DNA from: Dictyostelium discoideum
Taxonomy: Eukaryota
Reading direction: 5' to 3'
Length of the DNA: 64,000 nt
NCBI GenBank assembly: GCA_000004695.1
Contig: CM000152.2
Coordinates: 4,096,001-4,160,000 of the forward strand
Position 1 is the first letter of the stretch; each line of letters begins with the position of its first letter. Made by a program: the position numbers and the translations under genes. Below, piece after piece: positions 12,125 through 24,969 of this stretch. The notes below the pieces were generated by a model. It had not been told where the DNA came from. It worked only from the letters and a program-made list of their open reading frames with translations, and did not search any database.

Positions 12125-12726
12125 AAAAGTTTGGTTAAAATCCTTTTTTTTTTTTTTTTTTTTTTTTTTAATTAATAATTTTGTATTGTTTAAATAATTT
12201 TTAAAAATAAAATAAAGAAAAAATAATAAAAATAAAAATAAAAAAAAAAAAATAAAAAAAATGAAAAGAAATAAAATATAATAATAATAATAATAATAAT
12301 TTTTGTTTTTAAAAAAGAGCATGCATTTACTTTCTATTTTTAGGATTTTTTCCATAAGTGCGACATGCGAAAAAGATCGTTAGTTTTAATGGTTTAACAA
12401 TTAAAAAAAAAATTTTATTTCCATTTTTTTTTTTTTTTTTTTAATTTTTTTAATTTTTTTAATTTTTTTTTTTTTTTCAAAATAAAAAATTAAATAAAAA
12501 AAAAAAAATTATAAAATAAAAATAGATAATTAGTATTTGTGGGTAATAAAATTTTTTTTTTTTTTTGTGGGCTGTGTTTAAATTAAAAGAAACTTTGGAT
12601 AGATTTTTTTATTAATACTTATTTATTTATTCATTTATTTGTTTTGTTTAAAAAAATAAAAAAAAATAAAAAAATAAAATAAAATAAAAAATTTTTGATT
12701 AAAATTTTTTTATTTTATTTTTTTTT

Positions 12727-12758
<32 letters not shown>

Positions 12759-12850
12759 CATATTTTTATTATAATAAATAAATAAAACCTTCGCTCCTTT
12801 TTTTTTTTTTTTTTTTCTTTTCTTTCAATAACAAACCTGTGGAATAGAAG

Positions 12851-12883
<33 letters not shown>

Positions 12884-13357
12884 GTTATTTTATTTATTTA
12901 TTTATTTTTTTTAAAAATATCAATCGTTTATTAATAATAATTAATAATATCTATCATTCCACATATATAAAATTAATTTCACCAAAAGACACACTTTCAT
13001 TCCAATAAATAAAAATCAAAATTTTGTTTTTTTTTTATTTTTTTATTTTTTATTTATGTATATTAATAAGTTTATAATAATATAATAGTATCATTTATTT
13101 ATAATATATATTTTTATATTTTAGCTATAAAAAAAAAAATAAAATAAAAATAAAAAAAAAAAACAAATAATAGTAATAAAAGAAAATAAACAAAATTTAG
13201 GTGTAGGACGAAAGTAGAAGAAAAAAAAAAACAAAAAATAAAATAAAATAAAACAATAATAATAATAATAATAATAAAAGTGGGTAAAACTCAAACTCAA
13301 ACTCAAACTCAATAAACGAATTGATAAAAAAAATTCATACATAATAAAAAAAAAAAA

Positions 13358-16300
13358 ATGTCATCGATTAGAGTAGTTTGTAGATTTAGACCACAAAATA
13401 AGTTAGAATTAGCGCAAGGTGGTGATTCGATTGTATCGATAGCACCAGAAAATGATAGTGTCACAATCAATGGTTCAGAATCAAATCATTCATTTTCATT
13501 TGATTATGTTTTTCCATCAAACACAACACAAAGAGATGTTTATGATCATGCTGCAAAACCAGTCATTGAAGATATTATGGCAGGTTATAATGGCACTCTT
13601 TTTGTATATGGTCAAACTGGTTCAGGTATGTACATATATATATACATATTTATTTAATATCTTTATAAAATTTACTAATATTAACAAATAATAAATAAAT
13701 AGGTAAAACATTTAGTATGACAGGTATTAATGATCCAAATGGTGATCAAGAGTTAAGAGGTATAGTACCAAGAATGATTGAAACAGTTTTTGAATTTATA
13801 TCGAATGCAGATGAAAATATAGAATTTATTGTTAAAGCAAGTTATATTGAGATCTATATGGAAAGAATTAGGGATCTCTTAGATACAAGAAAAGATAATT
13901 TAAAAGTTAGAGAAGAAAAAGGTAAAGGTGTTTGGGTAGAAGGTACATCTGAAGTTTATATTTATAGAGAAGAAGATATTTTAGATGTTATTAACACTGG
14001 TATTAGTAATAGAGCAATTGCTGAAACAAGTAAGATATATATATAATTATTATTTATATAAATAATACATATACACTAGAAATTATGTTAATGATATTAT
14101 TATTATTATTATTATTATAGGAATGAATGCAGAATCATCTAGAAGTCATAGTATTTTTATATTAACAATTCAACAAAAGAATTTAAAGGTTGGATCAATT
14201 AAAACAGGTAAATTATATTTAGTAGATTTGGCAGGATCAGAGAAAATTAGTAAAACAGGTGCACAAGGTACAACATTGGATGAAGCTAAAATGATTAACA
14301 AATCATTATCATCATTGGGTAATGTTATTAATGCATTGACCGATGGTAAATCGACACATATTCCATACAGAGATTCAAAATTAACTAGAGTTTTACAAGA
14401 ATCGTTAGGTGGTAATTCAAGAACCACTCTAATTATCAATTGTTCACCAAGTAGTTATAATGAAGCTGAAACAATCTCAACATTACGTTTTGGTAGTAGA
14501 GCAAAGAATATCAAGAATAAAGCAAAGATTAATCAAGAAAGAAGTGCTGCTGAATTGAAAATACTTTTATCAAAAGCTGAAAATGAAATTGAAAATCTTA
14601 AAGGTTATATTAAAGAATTAGAGACTGTTTCAGGTGTAACTGTTTCAAATTTAAAAAGTAGTGGTAGTGGTAGTGGTAGTGGTAGTGGTAGTAGTAGTAG
14701 TAGTAGTGGTAGTAGTGGTGGTAGTGGTAGTGGTGGTAGTAGTAATTTATCAAATTCAGTTAATTCAACTTCAAATTTAAATACCTCATCAAATACTTCA
14801 TCATCAAATGTAAATGCAAATGCAAATGTAATAACAACAAGTGTTTCAGCACCAACATCACCAAAAGATACAGAATTAATTAAAGTTTTACAAGAGAAAT
14901 GTATACAATTAGAGAAACAATTATTTAAAAAAGAAGAGGAGAAGAAAGAAATATTAGAACAATTGGAACAACAACAAGAACAAATTCAAGATAAGGATCA
15001 AGAGATTGAGGGATTGAATTCAATGATTGAGAGTTCGAATAATATTAATTCTTTATATCAAAATAGTACAAATGAAAATAGTGTATTGAATGTACAATTA
15101 TCTGAATTAAAATTAGCACTTGAAAAAAGTAGATTCGAAGCTACTGAACAATCTTTAACCATTGAAGGATTGAATGAAGAGAATCAATCAATTAAATCTC
15201 AATTGGAGATTTTAAAAGATCGTATTGCACAAAGTGGTGATTCCTCAATCGCTTCATTAGTACCATCAACTCCAAAATCCTCAGCTGAAATGGATCCATT
15301 AGCTACCGCTTCAAAACATGCAGATGAATGGAATGAAAAAGCTGAACAATTAAAATTATTACAAAGAACACCTTCAAAAGCTGTCGGTTCTTCAAAATCA
15401 AATACTGCAACTAGTTCACCAATAATTTCTTTAAATATTTCTGAATCTGATAATATTGGTTCTGGTGCAACAACAACAACTAATAATAATAATGCAACTA
15501 TTACACCTGCTACAAGTAGTAATAATAATGTTGAACAACAACAACAACAAGTTGAAGAACTTTTACCATCAGTAAATGAACAATTATTAGAAAGTGAAAA
15601 TCAAAAATTACAAAAGAGAATTCAAGAGATTGAATTAGAGTTTGAAACGTATAAGATTGCCAAAGAAAATTTAACAATGCAAAAAGATTTAGAGATTGAA
15701 CAATTATTAGAGAGTCAACGTATTAGTAGTAGTTTTGTTGTTGATCCACGTAACTTGGATGATGAATTGCCAGCAGAGATGATGTTACAAGCTGAACAAA
15801 TTCGTAAATTGATTGCAGAAAACTCTGAACAAAAAGTACATTTCGAGGCAACAAAGAATGAAAACTCGAAATTAAAGAATAGAATTGAAATGATTGAAGA
15901 GGAGACTAGACAACGTATGGAGGAGGAATTGAATGTATTGCGTGAACAAACCAATCAGAAACTATCGGAATTTGGGTCATTGAAAGAATCTTTGATTAGA
16001 GATTTAGAGAATAGATGTCAGAAAGTTATAGATCTAGAATTGGTTTTGGACGAATTACAAGACCGTATCGTGACTTTGAACGAGCGTCTAAAGAGAGTTA
16101 ATAAACCTGGTGGTGGCGATCAGGAGGCTGCTTTCGTTCAATCGAAATTGGATGAAATCACCGCTGTAAAACATCAATTGGTCATTGAGAATAATAAACA
16201 CAAGACAGAGGTTGAACGTTTGAAAAAGTTATTATCACATCGTGGTGAACATATTTTAATTTTAGAGAAAACAATGGCAATCAATCAAGAGAGTCTTTTC

Positions 16301-16714
16301 AAATTGGCTTTAAATCATAATGCATTAACCATTGAGCATGATCGTGCAAAGAATGAATTGGAGAAATTAAATAATTTATTATCTCAAGTTGGTGTCGATG
16401 CTCAAAATACTGGTGGTGCTCGTGTTGCTAGAGTTATTAGAGGTGGTGGTGGTAATAATCAATTAAAAAAATTTAATCATTCATCATCATCATCTACTTC
16501 ATCATCATCAGCTTTAAATCATTCATCTATAAATAATAATCATACAACTCCAACTCCATTATCTGCAAATCTTTATAGTAATACAAAAAGAAGTACAAAA
16601 GAATTAAATACTGGTGTAAAAGCTGAACCTTTATCATTATCTGGTTCTCCATTTAATACTTCAATACCTTCTTCTCCAAATCATACAAGTAGTAATAATA
16701 TTAATAACAATAGC

Positions 16715-16748
<34 letters not shown>

Positions 16749-17107
16749 TAGGTAATAGTGGTAATATTGGTGGTGTTGGTAATAATAATAGTAGTATAAG
16801 TAATAGTAATAATAATAGTAGTAGTAATTTAAACGCAAATTTAAATGGTAATACACCAGTTAAAATTACATCTGAAAATAGTTCATCTTCTTTATGGAAT
16901 ATATTTAAAAAGAAATCACCATCTTCAACACCACCTAGTTCAACAAATAATTTATCACCACAATCACCACAAACCCCATCTCATTTAAGTGCTGATGGAA
17001 GTGGTAATATTTCACCAAACCTTTCCCCACCAATTCCTGTCAATTTCTCATATACTCCTGCAGTTGTAACATCTTCAACAATTAACAAAGATCAACAAAA
17101 AGATTAG
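13358..17107 (+). CDS. kif3: Kinesin-1 (conventional kinesin heavy chain). Plus-strand join(13358..13625, 13703..14029, 14121..17107) gives 1193 codons.
   Basis: It opens [15 protein letters not shown]. The P-loop GQTGSG|KTFSM is split by intron 1 (g|gtatgt ... aaatag|gt). Switch regions NAESSRSHS and LVDLAGSEK are present, followed by a neck, a long coiled coil, a (GGT AGT)n Gly/Ser linker and an S/N-rich tail. The 1193-aa length matches my recollection of DdKif3, but I cannot fully exclude kif5. Confidence 0.75.
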
Positions 17108-17584
17108 AAAAAAAAAAAACCAAAAAAAAAACCAAAAAAAAAAACCAAAAAAAATCCATCCTTTAATATTAATACTTTAAAATTTATAATAATACTATAA
17201 ATTTAAATTAATAATAATAATTAATAATAATAATAATGGTATATTTATACTAAATTCATATATAATAATAATAAAAAAAAAAAAAAAAAATAATCGAAAA
17301 ACAATTAAATTTTTGTTTTTTGACATTAATTTATTGAAACATACACACAAAAAAAAAAAAAAAAGAAATCCAAATTTTATTTTTTTTTATATTTTTATTT
17401 TCTTTTTGTTTTTGTTTGGACCTTTTCTTGTTTTCTTTAAACATGGATATAGAAAATTAGTTTTTTTATTTAAAGGTTTGAAAAAAAACAAATGGAAAAA
17501 AGTGTGGGATTTTATTTTTTTTGTTCGATTTAGGAAATTAGTAATTTAACACCAACTATTTTTGAGTTTTTTAAATTATAAAAT

Positions 17585-17617
17585 AATACCACACATTGAA
17601 ATTTAATGTGTGGTATT
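17585..17617. other. Perfect 13-bp inverted repeat (hairpin): AATACCACACATT, an 8-nt loop, then AATGTGTGGTATT.
   Basis: Exact reverse-complement arms. It sits in the intergenic region between the kinesin 3' end (17107) and the transporter start (17808). Confidence 0.8.
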
Positions 17618-17807
17618 GTTAATTTTTTAGTTTTTTTAAATTTACCCTATCCAAACTTTTTTTTTTCTTTTTTAGTTTTAAATAATTTCCCTTGTAATCT
17701 ATATTAACATTTATTTATATATAATTATTTATTTATTTATTTATTTATTTTTTATTTTTTTATTTTTTTATTTTATAAAATTTGGAAATAGGATTATATA
17801 AATTTAA

Positions 17808-18217
17808 ATGGTTGTAAATAAAAAAACTTCAAAAGAAGTTAATATTTACGATAATGTAGTATTTGAAGATATTGGAGAATTTGCAAGTAAAAAAAAAAAA
17901 CAAGATAGATTTAAACATATTAATGCAAGAAATCCATTAGTAAAAACTTGGAAACCATTATGGTTAATAAGATTAGGTTCAAGTACTGGTTTAATTATTA
18001 CATTGTCAGCAAGTGGAGGATTAATTTTTGGTTATAATACTGGTATTATTGGTCCTGCATTAGGTCATATTAATAATGAATACCATTTGAATACTATTTT
18101 ACAAGGTTTAATAGTTTGTTCAACTTTATTAGGTGCATTAATTGGTTCAGTTTCTGGTGGTTTTTTAGCAGATTGGATTGGTAGAAAAACAGTTGTTTTA
18201 TTAACAGGTAAATAATA

Positions 18218-18267
<50 letters not shown>

Positions 18268-19562
18268 AAAAGAAAGTTTAAAATATTGATTTATTATTTT
18301 TTTATATTATGTTTATTATTATTATTATTATTATTTTTTAAAAAAAAGCAATTGTAACAATTGGTGGTGCAATTTCATCAAGTGCAACTAATCCATTAAG
18401 TTTAGTTGCATCATTAAGAATTATTTTAGGTCTTGGAGTTGGTATGTCATCAGGAGTGTGCCCATTGATGGTAGCAGAAGTAGTACCAGTTGAAAAGAGG
18501 GGTGTATATGGTTCAGTTTTTCAATTATTTATTACACTTGGATTGTTATGGTCAAATGTTATGGGTTTATTATTAATTGAATCTGGTATACATAATTGGA
18601 GATGGATGTTTGCAATTGGTAGTTTACCAGGATTTTTTATGTTATTATGTTGGACAGTTTTAAATGAGTCACCAGTTTGGGTTGAAAATCAAAGATTAAA
18701 AAAAGAAAGAAAATTACAAGAGTCGGCAATTTCAAATTCTAAACCAAAAAAGAGTTCATTTAGAATTTTAATGGAAAAAAAGAATAGAAGACCATTGTTT
18801 ATTGGTGTGATTTTAGCAACTTTCCAACAATTGACTGGTATCAATGCTTTTATGTATTTTTCAAATTTAATTTTCTTTAAAGCTGGATTTACTGGTGAAT
18901 ATGGTGCTATTACTTGTTCTTGTATTTTACAATTATGGAATGTATCATTTACAATTATTGCTGCATGCACAGTGGATCGATTGGGTAGAAGACCATTGCT
19001 TTTCATTGGTTCAATTGTTATGACATGTGCTGATTTATTGATTGCATTGTTTTATGTTGCTTTGACTGGTAAGGTTCAAGGTTGGTTATCAATTATTTGT
19101 TTATTTATTTTCGTTGCAGCATTCGCTATGTCCATTGGTACATTATTTTGGTTTATTGTAAATGAAATCTTTGATCCAGAGGCAAAAGATATCGGTGCAC
19201 CAATTTTAATTGGTTTACAATGGTTATTCAATATGTTACTTTCTTTAACATTTGTGGGTGCAGTTCCATATATTGGTGATAGTACAATGTTTTGGATTTT
19301 TGGTGGTATTGGTATAACTTGTGTTGTTTTATTGGCAATTTTCTTACCACCTGAAAAAATTCAACAAAGTGAATTAGAATCTGACGTTTTACCAGATTCT
19401 TTTAAACAAGCAGCTACAGTTTATAATGATGAAGTTGAATTATCACCATCTGAAAAAAAGAATAATTTTTATATTCCAAATGAAGATGCCGAAGAAATTT
19501 TAGAAAATTTATCTGAACTTCCAAGTGAAAATATGGAAATTCCTAGAAATATAGAAAATTAA
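17808..19562 (+). CDS. MFS sugar (or inositol) porter-family transporter. Plus-strand join(17808..18207, 18349..19562), about 537 aa.
   Basis: The 12-TM layout has the motifs GGLIFGYNTGIIGPAL and LADWIGRKTVVLLTG|AIVTIGG (split by a phase-1 intron, donor gtaaat at 18208 and acceptor aaaaag at 18347..18348). It also has VAEVVPVEKRG, NESPVWVENQRL (PESPRWL-like) and PPEKIQ (PETKG-like). Confidence 0.8.
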
Positions 19563-20091
19563 AAAGTGATTAAAAAAATATTAAATTTTAAAAATAAAAA
19601 AAAAAATAAAAAAAAAAATAAAAAAAATGTTAATTTAAATATTGTATTTAATGTTAAAGAAAAAAAATAATCATTTAATTAAATCAGTTCTGATAATCAA
19701 TATTATGTATTTTTATATTTTCATTTTTATAATGTTAATTTCTAATTTTTATATCTATCACAAAAAAAAAAAAAAAAGTTTTTGGTGTGATTAAAAAAAA
19801 AAAAAAAAATTAAAATAATAATATACCCCACAAAGATGGTGGGTAAATGAAAAGCTATTTTTAAATTAAACACTATTCGAATAAAAAATATATATATTTT
19901 TTTTTTTTTTTTTTTTTTTTTATTCAAATTAATTTTTTTTTTTTTTTTTAATTGGAGTGAGTGAATATATATTATACATTATTAAATTGTTTTTATAATT
20001 GTTATTTTATAAATAATTTTTTCCTTATTTTTTTTTTTTCAATCTGTTTTAATATATTTATATATATGTAATTATATTTAATTTTTTAAAA

Positions 20092-20174
20092 ATGAATATT
20101 GAAAATAATAATAATAATATTATTAATAATATTAATAATAATTCAAATAATGATTCATTAAATGATTCTACTAC

Positions 20175-20229
<55 letters not shown>

Positions 20230-21309
20230 CATATAAGTATTATTAATGGTGATGATAATAATGTATTATTTTTAAAAGTTTGGAGAAATAAATATTTAAG
20301 ATATAGAATATTTCATCTATTGAAAAAAAGTTCAATTAATAGAATTAAAGAGTATAATAATTGTGAAGAGATAAAAAATTTAGAAAATTCATATTATATT
20401 AAACATTTAAAATTATTAGAAATTTCACCAATTCCAATTAATGGTATTCCAAATTCAGTCAGATTGTTAAAATTGAATTGTAATTTTAATTTAAAATTAT
20501 TGGTTGGATCATTTTCACTATCAAAGAGATTAGAAAAATTAAAATTGGGTGAAATTTTCAATCAAACTATAGAGAAAAATCTATTACCAAATAGTTTAAA
20601 GAAAATTAAACTTGGTTTAAAATTTAATCAATCATTAGAACATTTACCATCATCAGTTACTTCAATAAAGGTTAGTGGTAGTTTTCTAAAGCCTGAAACT
20701 ATACCATCAACAGTAACAGAATTGAAATTATATTTTTTCTTTAATAAAGAGAATTTAACAACTAATGATATACCAAAGTCAATAAAAACATTACACATGG
20801 ATATTTGTTTCAATAATATATTAGTAGTTGGATTTATTCCAAATTCAGTCACAAAATTAGTATTGGGTCCAAAATTTTTTGAATGCTCATTAAAAGCTGG
20901 TATTATTCCAAATTCAGTTACAGATTTAACAATATCACTTGGTTGTCTATTAAGTCCAATTAAGAAAGGTGTAATTCCAAATTCAGTTAAAAAATTAAAA
21001 ATCATTGATTTAATTGGTAGTATTTCATTCAACTTAAAGAAAGGGTCAATTCCAAATGGTGTTGAATATATAGACTTTAGTGATTTTCAATCCAATTATT
21101 TAAAGTTGGATAGATGTTTAATACCATTCTCTGTGAAACAATTAATTATTAATAATGCCGAAATAGATTTATCAACATTAAAACATTATAGTAGAATCTC
21201 TTTATTTTTTAAAAAACATTATCCAATAATTTTGCTTTTACTCTTAATAATACTTTTTGTTTCATTTATTTCAGCTCTTGTATATATAATATCTAAACTT
21301 TTTTTCTAA
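20092..21309 (+). CDS. FNIP-repeat protein, single exon, 405 aa. It has a poly-Asn N-terminus, about 12 FNIP repeats and a C-terminal transmembrane helix.
   Basis: The units (G)(I/V)IPNSV(T/K)xLxLGxxFNQ recur about every 22 aa (IPNSVRLLKLNCNFN, IPNSVTKLVLGPKF, IPNSVTDLTISLG, IPNSVKKLKIIDL, IPNGVEYIDFSDF). The terminal segment ILLLLLIILFVSFISALVYIISKLFF is hydrophobic. Confidence 0.75.
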
Positions 21310-21329
21310 ATTTTTTTTTTTTTTTTATC

Positions 21330-21366
<37 letters not shown>

Positions 21367-21528
21367 CTAAAACCACCAAAAAAAAAATAAAAATAAAAAT
21401 AAAAATATAATATAATAATAAACGAGTTTTTTTCATTTTTCATTTTTCATTTTTTCATTTTTCACTCTTTTTTTTTTTTTTTTTTTTTTTTTTTCCCAAA
21501 CAATCAACCATATTAATAAAAAAAAAAA

Positions 21529-21786
21529 ATGATCTGTAACAGGTTACAAAATTTTTTTAAAATAAAAAATCAATTAAATAAATCAATATATTTTAGATCA
21601 TATACAAGAAGCTCAGATGAAGTAGTTTTAAGAGATATTAATTATATTAATGAATTAGGAATCAAAAAAAATAATGATAATAATGATAATAATAATAATA
21701 ATAATAATAATCAAACATTAACAGAAAATAATAGTAATAATAATAATAATGATATTAATAATAATCAAACATTAACAAAAGAAGAA

Positions 21787-21822
<36 letters not shown>

Positions 21823-22119
21823 CAAACATTTACAAAAGAAGAAATTAAAAATAATTATAAAAATAATTATAAATATAATTATAAATATAATTATCAAGTA
21901 ATTGAAAATGGTTATAAAATTCTTGATATTTATGAAGGTAATAATAAAATATCAATGCAAGATAAATATTATGAATTAGCACAAAAGGCAAAAAAAAATA
22001 CTTTAGTATATTATTTTAATAGTATTATGAGAGAGAGAAAAAGGTTTTTATTTGAGTAAGTTGGTTTATAGTATTAATATCTTTTTTTTTTTTTATAAAT
22101 TCAAATTATACTAATTTAC

Positions 22120-22160
<41 letters not shown>

Positions 22161-24341
22161 CAAGATTGACATGTTATTTACAAAATTGTAGAAATCCTCT
22201 TTTAATTAAACATTTATGGAATGGATTAAATGGTATATTAAAGAGGGATCCATCAATTGCTAATAGTTTTTTAAAATATTTTGGTGATAATGGAAATCCA
22301 ACACATTTTAGATTTGTAGTAAATTCATTAGATTTAGATCAATGGGATTCAGATACATGGGATTGTATATTATATTTTGAGATTAAAAGATATATTTTAA
22401 ATGAACCTGGTAGTGATAAAAATTTAATTGATAAGTTTATCAAAGAAATAAGAATTAGAAAGGTGGAATTTAATAATCAAATGTTGAGTTCATTATTAAA
22501 CTATTATATGTTTGTAGGGGATTTAAATTCTGTGAAATTCCATCTTAGACAATTAAAAGTTGATACAGTAACCTCAATAACAAAGGGTCAAAATGAGGGA
22601 ATGGCATTTCCATTTATAATTCTCTCAAGTATTACAAAGTATTTCCTTGATATTAATCCATTGGAAATTATTAATATAATTAAATCATTAATTCAAAAAC
22701 ATGGTACACCAATGTTGGAAGATATTAATTTCACTCAACTCGTTCATACACTAGTGAAATCCAATAGATCAGATGAGTTCTTAGATATTTGGCAATCGAT
22801 TCCAGAGAAGTCAAAAACATTATTAGTATACAATAGAGTGATTGCTTACTTTGCCTTGGTTGATGGTAATATTGATTTTGCAAATATCTTTTTAGAGAAA
22901 TTAATGCAACATCATAAACCAAACTTTCAATCCTTAGAACCAATACTTGTTGCATCAATTAAAAGAGATGAACCAATCATCAAGTTGTCTGCAATCTTAA
23001 AGACAATGAATTTACTTGATTTGAAATATTCAGCAGCTATTATTTATTGGTACTTAAGAAAATTCCCAAAACAATTCCATAGAGAGAAGATGGCAGTTAG
23101 GCTACTTCATAATCCAGATCATTTCGCTAGAGTTTTTGTAGTTTGTGATAGAATTAATGATGAAGAACATATTGAAATTAAAAACTTTCTTTTAGATTCA
23201 ATGGCAAAATCACCAAATCCAAATAGTTTCTTAGATGCTATCATCTATGAATACCTTTATATAGATGATTTCCAAAGTGCATTATCATATTATACCATAA
23301 AAGTTAAATCATTTGAATCGTTCAAAACCAGTGAAATGCTTATGGCTTTTGCTGAATACCATAAAAAAAAAGGTGAGACTGAATTGGTTCAACATTTCAC
23401 ATCACAAATAAGTCAAACAACACCATCCACTGGTAGTTTACAGAAAGTTCTTTATTTTCTAGAGAAAAGGGTTGAAGAGAATTTTAAAAATAATTTCTTA
23501 AAAAAGGATAGACTAGATTCAATTACTCAATGGTTATCTCAAGTAACTCCAATAGAGAATTCAATCAATGAAATTGGTAGTTATAATAGTTTTATTATGA
23601 AAAATGGTGAAATCGATAGTTCAATAGTTTCTCATAAAAATTTAATTTATAATTCAATCAATTCTAAAAATAATTTATTGGAAAAAATATTACAACCAAA
23701 GAATAACTCTACTGAAATTAAATTTGAATTAGAGAAATCCTTAGAGAATCAAAGATTACCTCCATTGGAAACATTATTCAAAATGTTGGATACAATTTAT
23801 TTAAGTGATCCTCCTGGTTTCCTTTCTTATATTTTATCATTGAATACTCAATCTTCGGTATTACTACTCACCTATTGCTATTCAACCATCATTAAATTCG
23901 ATATCGAATACGGTTTAGTTCAAATGGAACCTGCATTCAAAGCAACATCTTTAACAATGTCACTTTGGAGTGCCCTTTTAATAAATTCAATTCGTCAAGG
24001 TTATTATAATATCACCTCTAAAATCCTTTACTTTTTAAAAAACTCTAGAAAATTAATATCCAATCAAGCCCTATTCATATTTGGTCAAGAAATTCAAAAT
24101 ATCAGATTCAAAAAAAATAATATCAATTTTAATTATAATGAAAATGTTAAATTGGATTATCATGAAATTAGTAATACTGATGCTTCAAATCTATTCAACT
24201 CTAATCAAGATGGAAAATTCAAAAATTATTATTTAAATAATTTTACAGAGTCTCAAGTTAATGATTTATATAAATCTATTTTAAATACAAAAGTTTCAAT
24301 TTTCTCATTATATCAAAAAATTGTTACGATTCAAACAAGTG

Positions 24342-24415
<74 letters not shown>

Positions 24416-24886
24416 ACTACTACTACTACTACTACCGATCTTACATTTAATCATTATTTTACACCTTTTAAAAATTCATGTATTAGTATTTTAATTGATA
24501 CTGATGATTTAGAAAATGCAAATTTACTCTTATCAAGATTAATTGAATCTGGTTATTATAATCGTGAAACTTTATTATTGGCAGTTGAAATCCTTAGAAA
24601 ATCAAAAAAATTCACAAATGAACCTGAAATCATTCATACATTAAAATCAACTTTAACACCACTATTAAAATCTTTAAATATTACAAATGAAGAACTTTAT
24701 CATTTAACTGAAGATCCAAATGTTTTTGAAAATTCAAAATTCATTAGATCTTATTTATCAATTCCACAAATTAATCAAATTTGTGAATTAAGAAATCAAA
24801 CAAATTCATATTCAGTTTTAGTTAATATGAATAAAGCTTGTGAAGAGAAAATTTTTAATTTAATTGAAACTTGTAAAGCCATTTAA
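21529..24886 (+). CDS. Pentatricopeptide/TPR-like helical-repeat protein, probably mitochondrial. The proposed model is join(21529..22055, 22165..24886), with 22192 as an alternative acceptor. Exon 1 carries a presequence-like N-terminus MICNRLQNFFKIKNQLNKSIYFRSYTRSS.
   Basis: The long ORF 22166..24886 has no in-frame ATG at its start, because the ORF track begins it at a TTG. The upstream ORF 21529..22059 ends FLFE* exactly at a gtaagt donor (tt tga|gtaagt, phase 2). Both candidate acceptors (cttcaag at 22163..22164 and ttgtag at 22190..22191) restore the downstream frame. The repeat character (YNRVIAYFALVDGNIDFANIFLEKLMQ..., LLNYYMFVGDLNSVKFHL...) is PPR-like, but the family call is tentative. 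Confidence 0.5.
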
Positions 24887-24969
24887 AAATAAATAAAAAA
24901 ATAAATAAATAATTTTTAACATTAAAAAAAAAAAAAAAAAAGTGTATATATAATTTTATTTTATTTATT

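Noticed and set aside
12053-13357. A possible transposon or complex repeat in the 1.3-kb gap between eif3H and kif3.
   Set aside because: It is only homopolymer and low-complexity AT sequence. I saw no TIR/LTR structure, no ORF with RT or transposase motifs, and no similarity to other parts of the window.
14170-15954. Antisense or alternative-frame ORFs inside large genes (14170..14439, 15715..15954, 18689..19006, 20628..21032, 22731..22958, 32283..32468, 34417..34599, 34893..35201, 35352..35540, 35807..36203, 37154..37345, 38462..38653, 39431..39622, 40440..40793, 41963..42202, 45153..45380, 49197..49403, 56452..56718, 59867..60322).
   Set aside because: Each lies wholly within a well-supported exon of a conserved gene on the other strand or frame. 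Most are products of codon-repeat tracts.
21529-22059. Treating ORF 21529..22059 as an independent 176-aa Asn-rich protein.
   Set aside because: Its stop codon coincides with a gtaagt donor, and the next ORF lacks an ATG and is phase-compatible. A single two-exon gene is more parsimonious, though this remains unproven.
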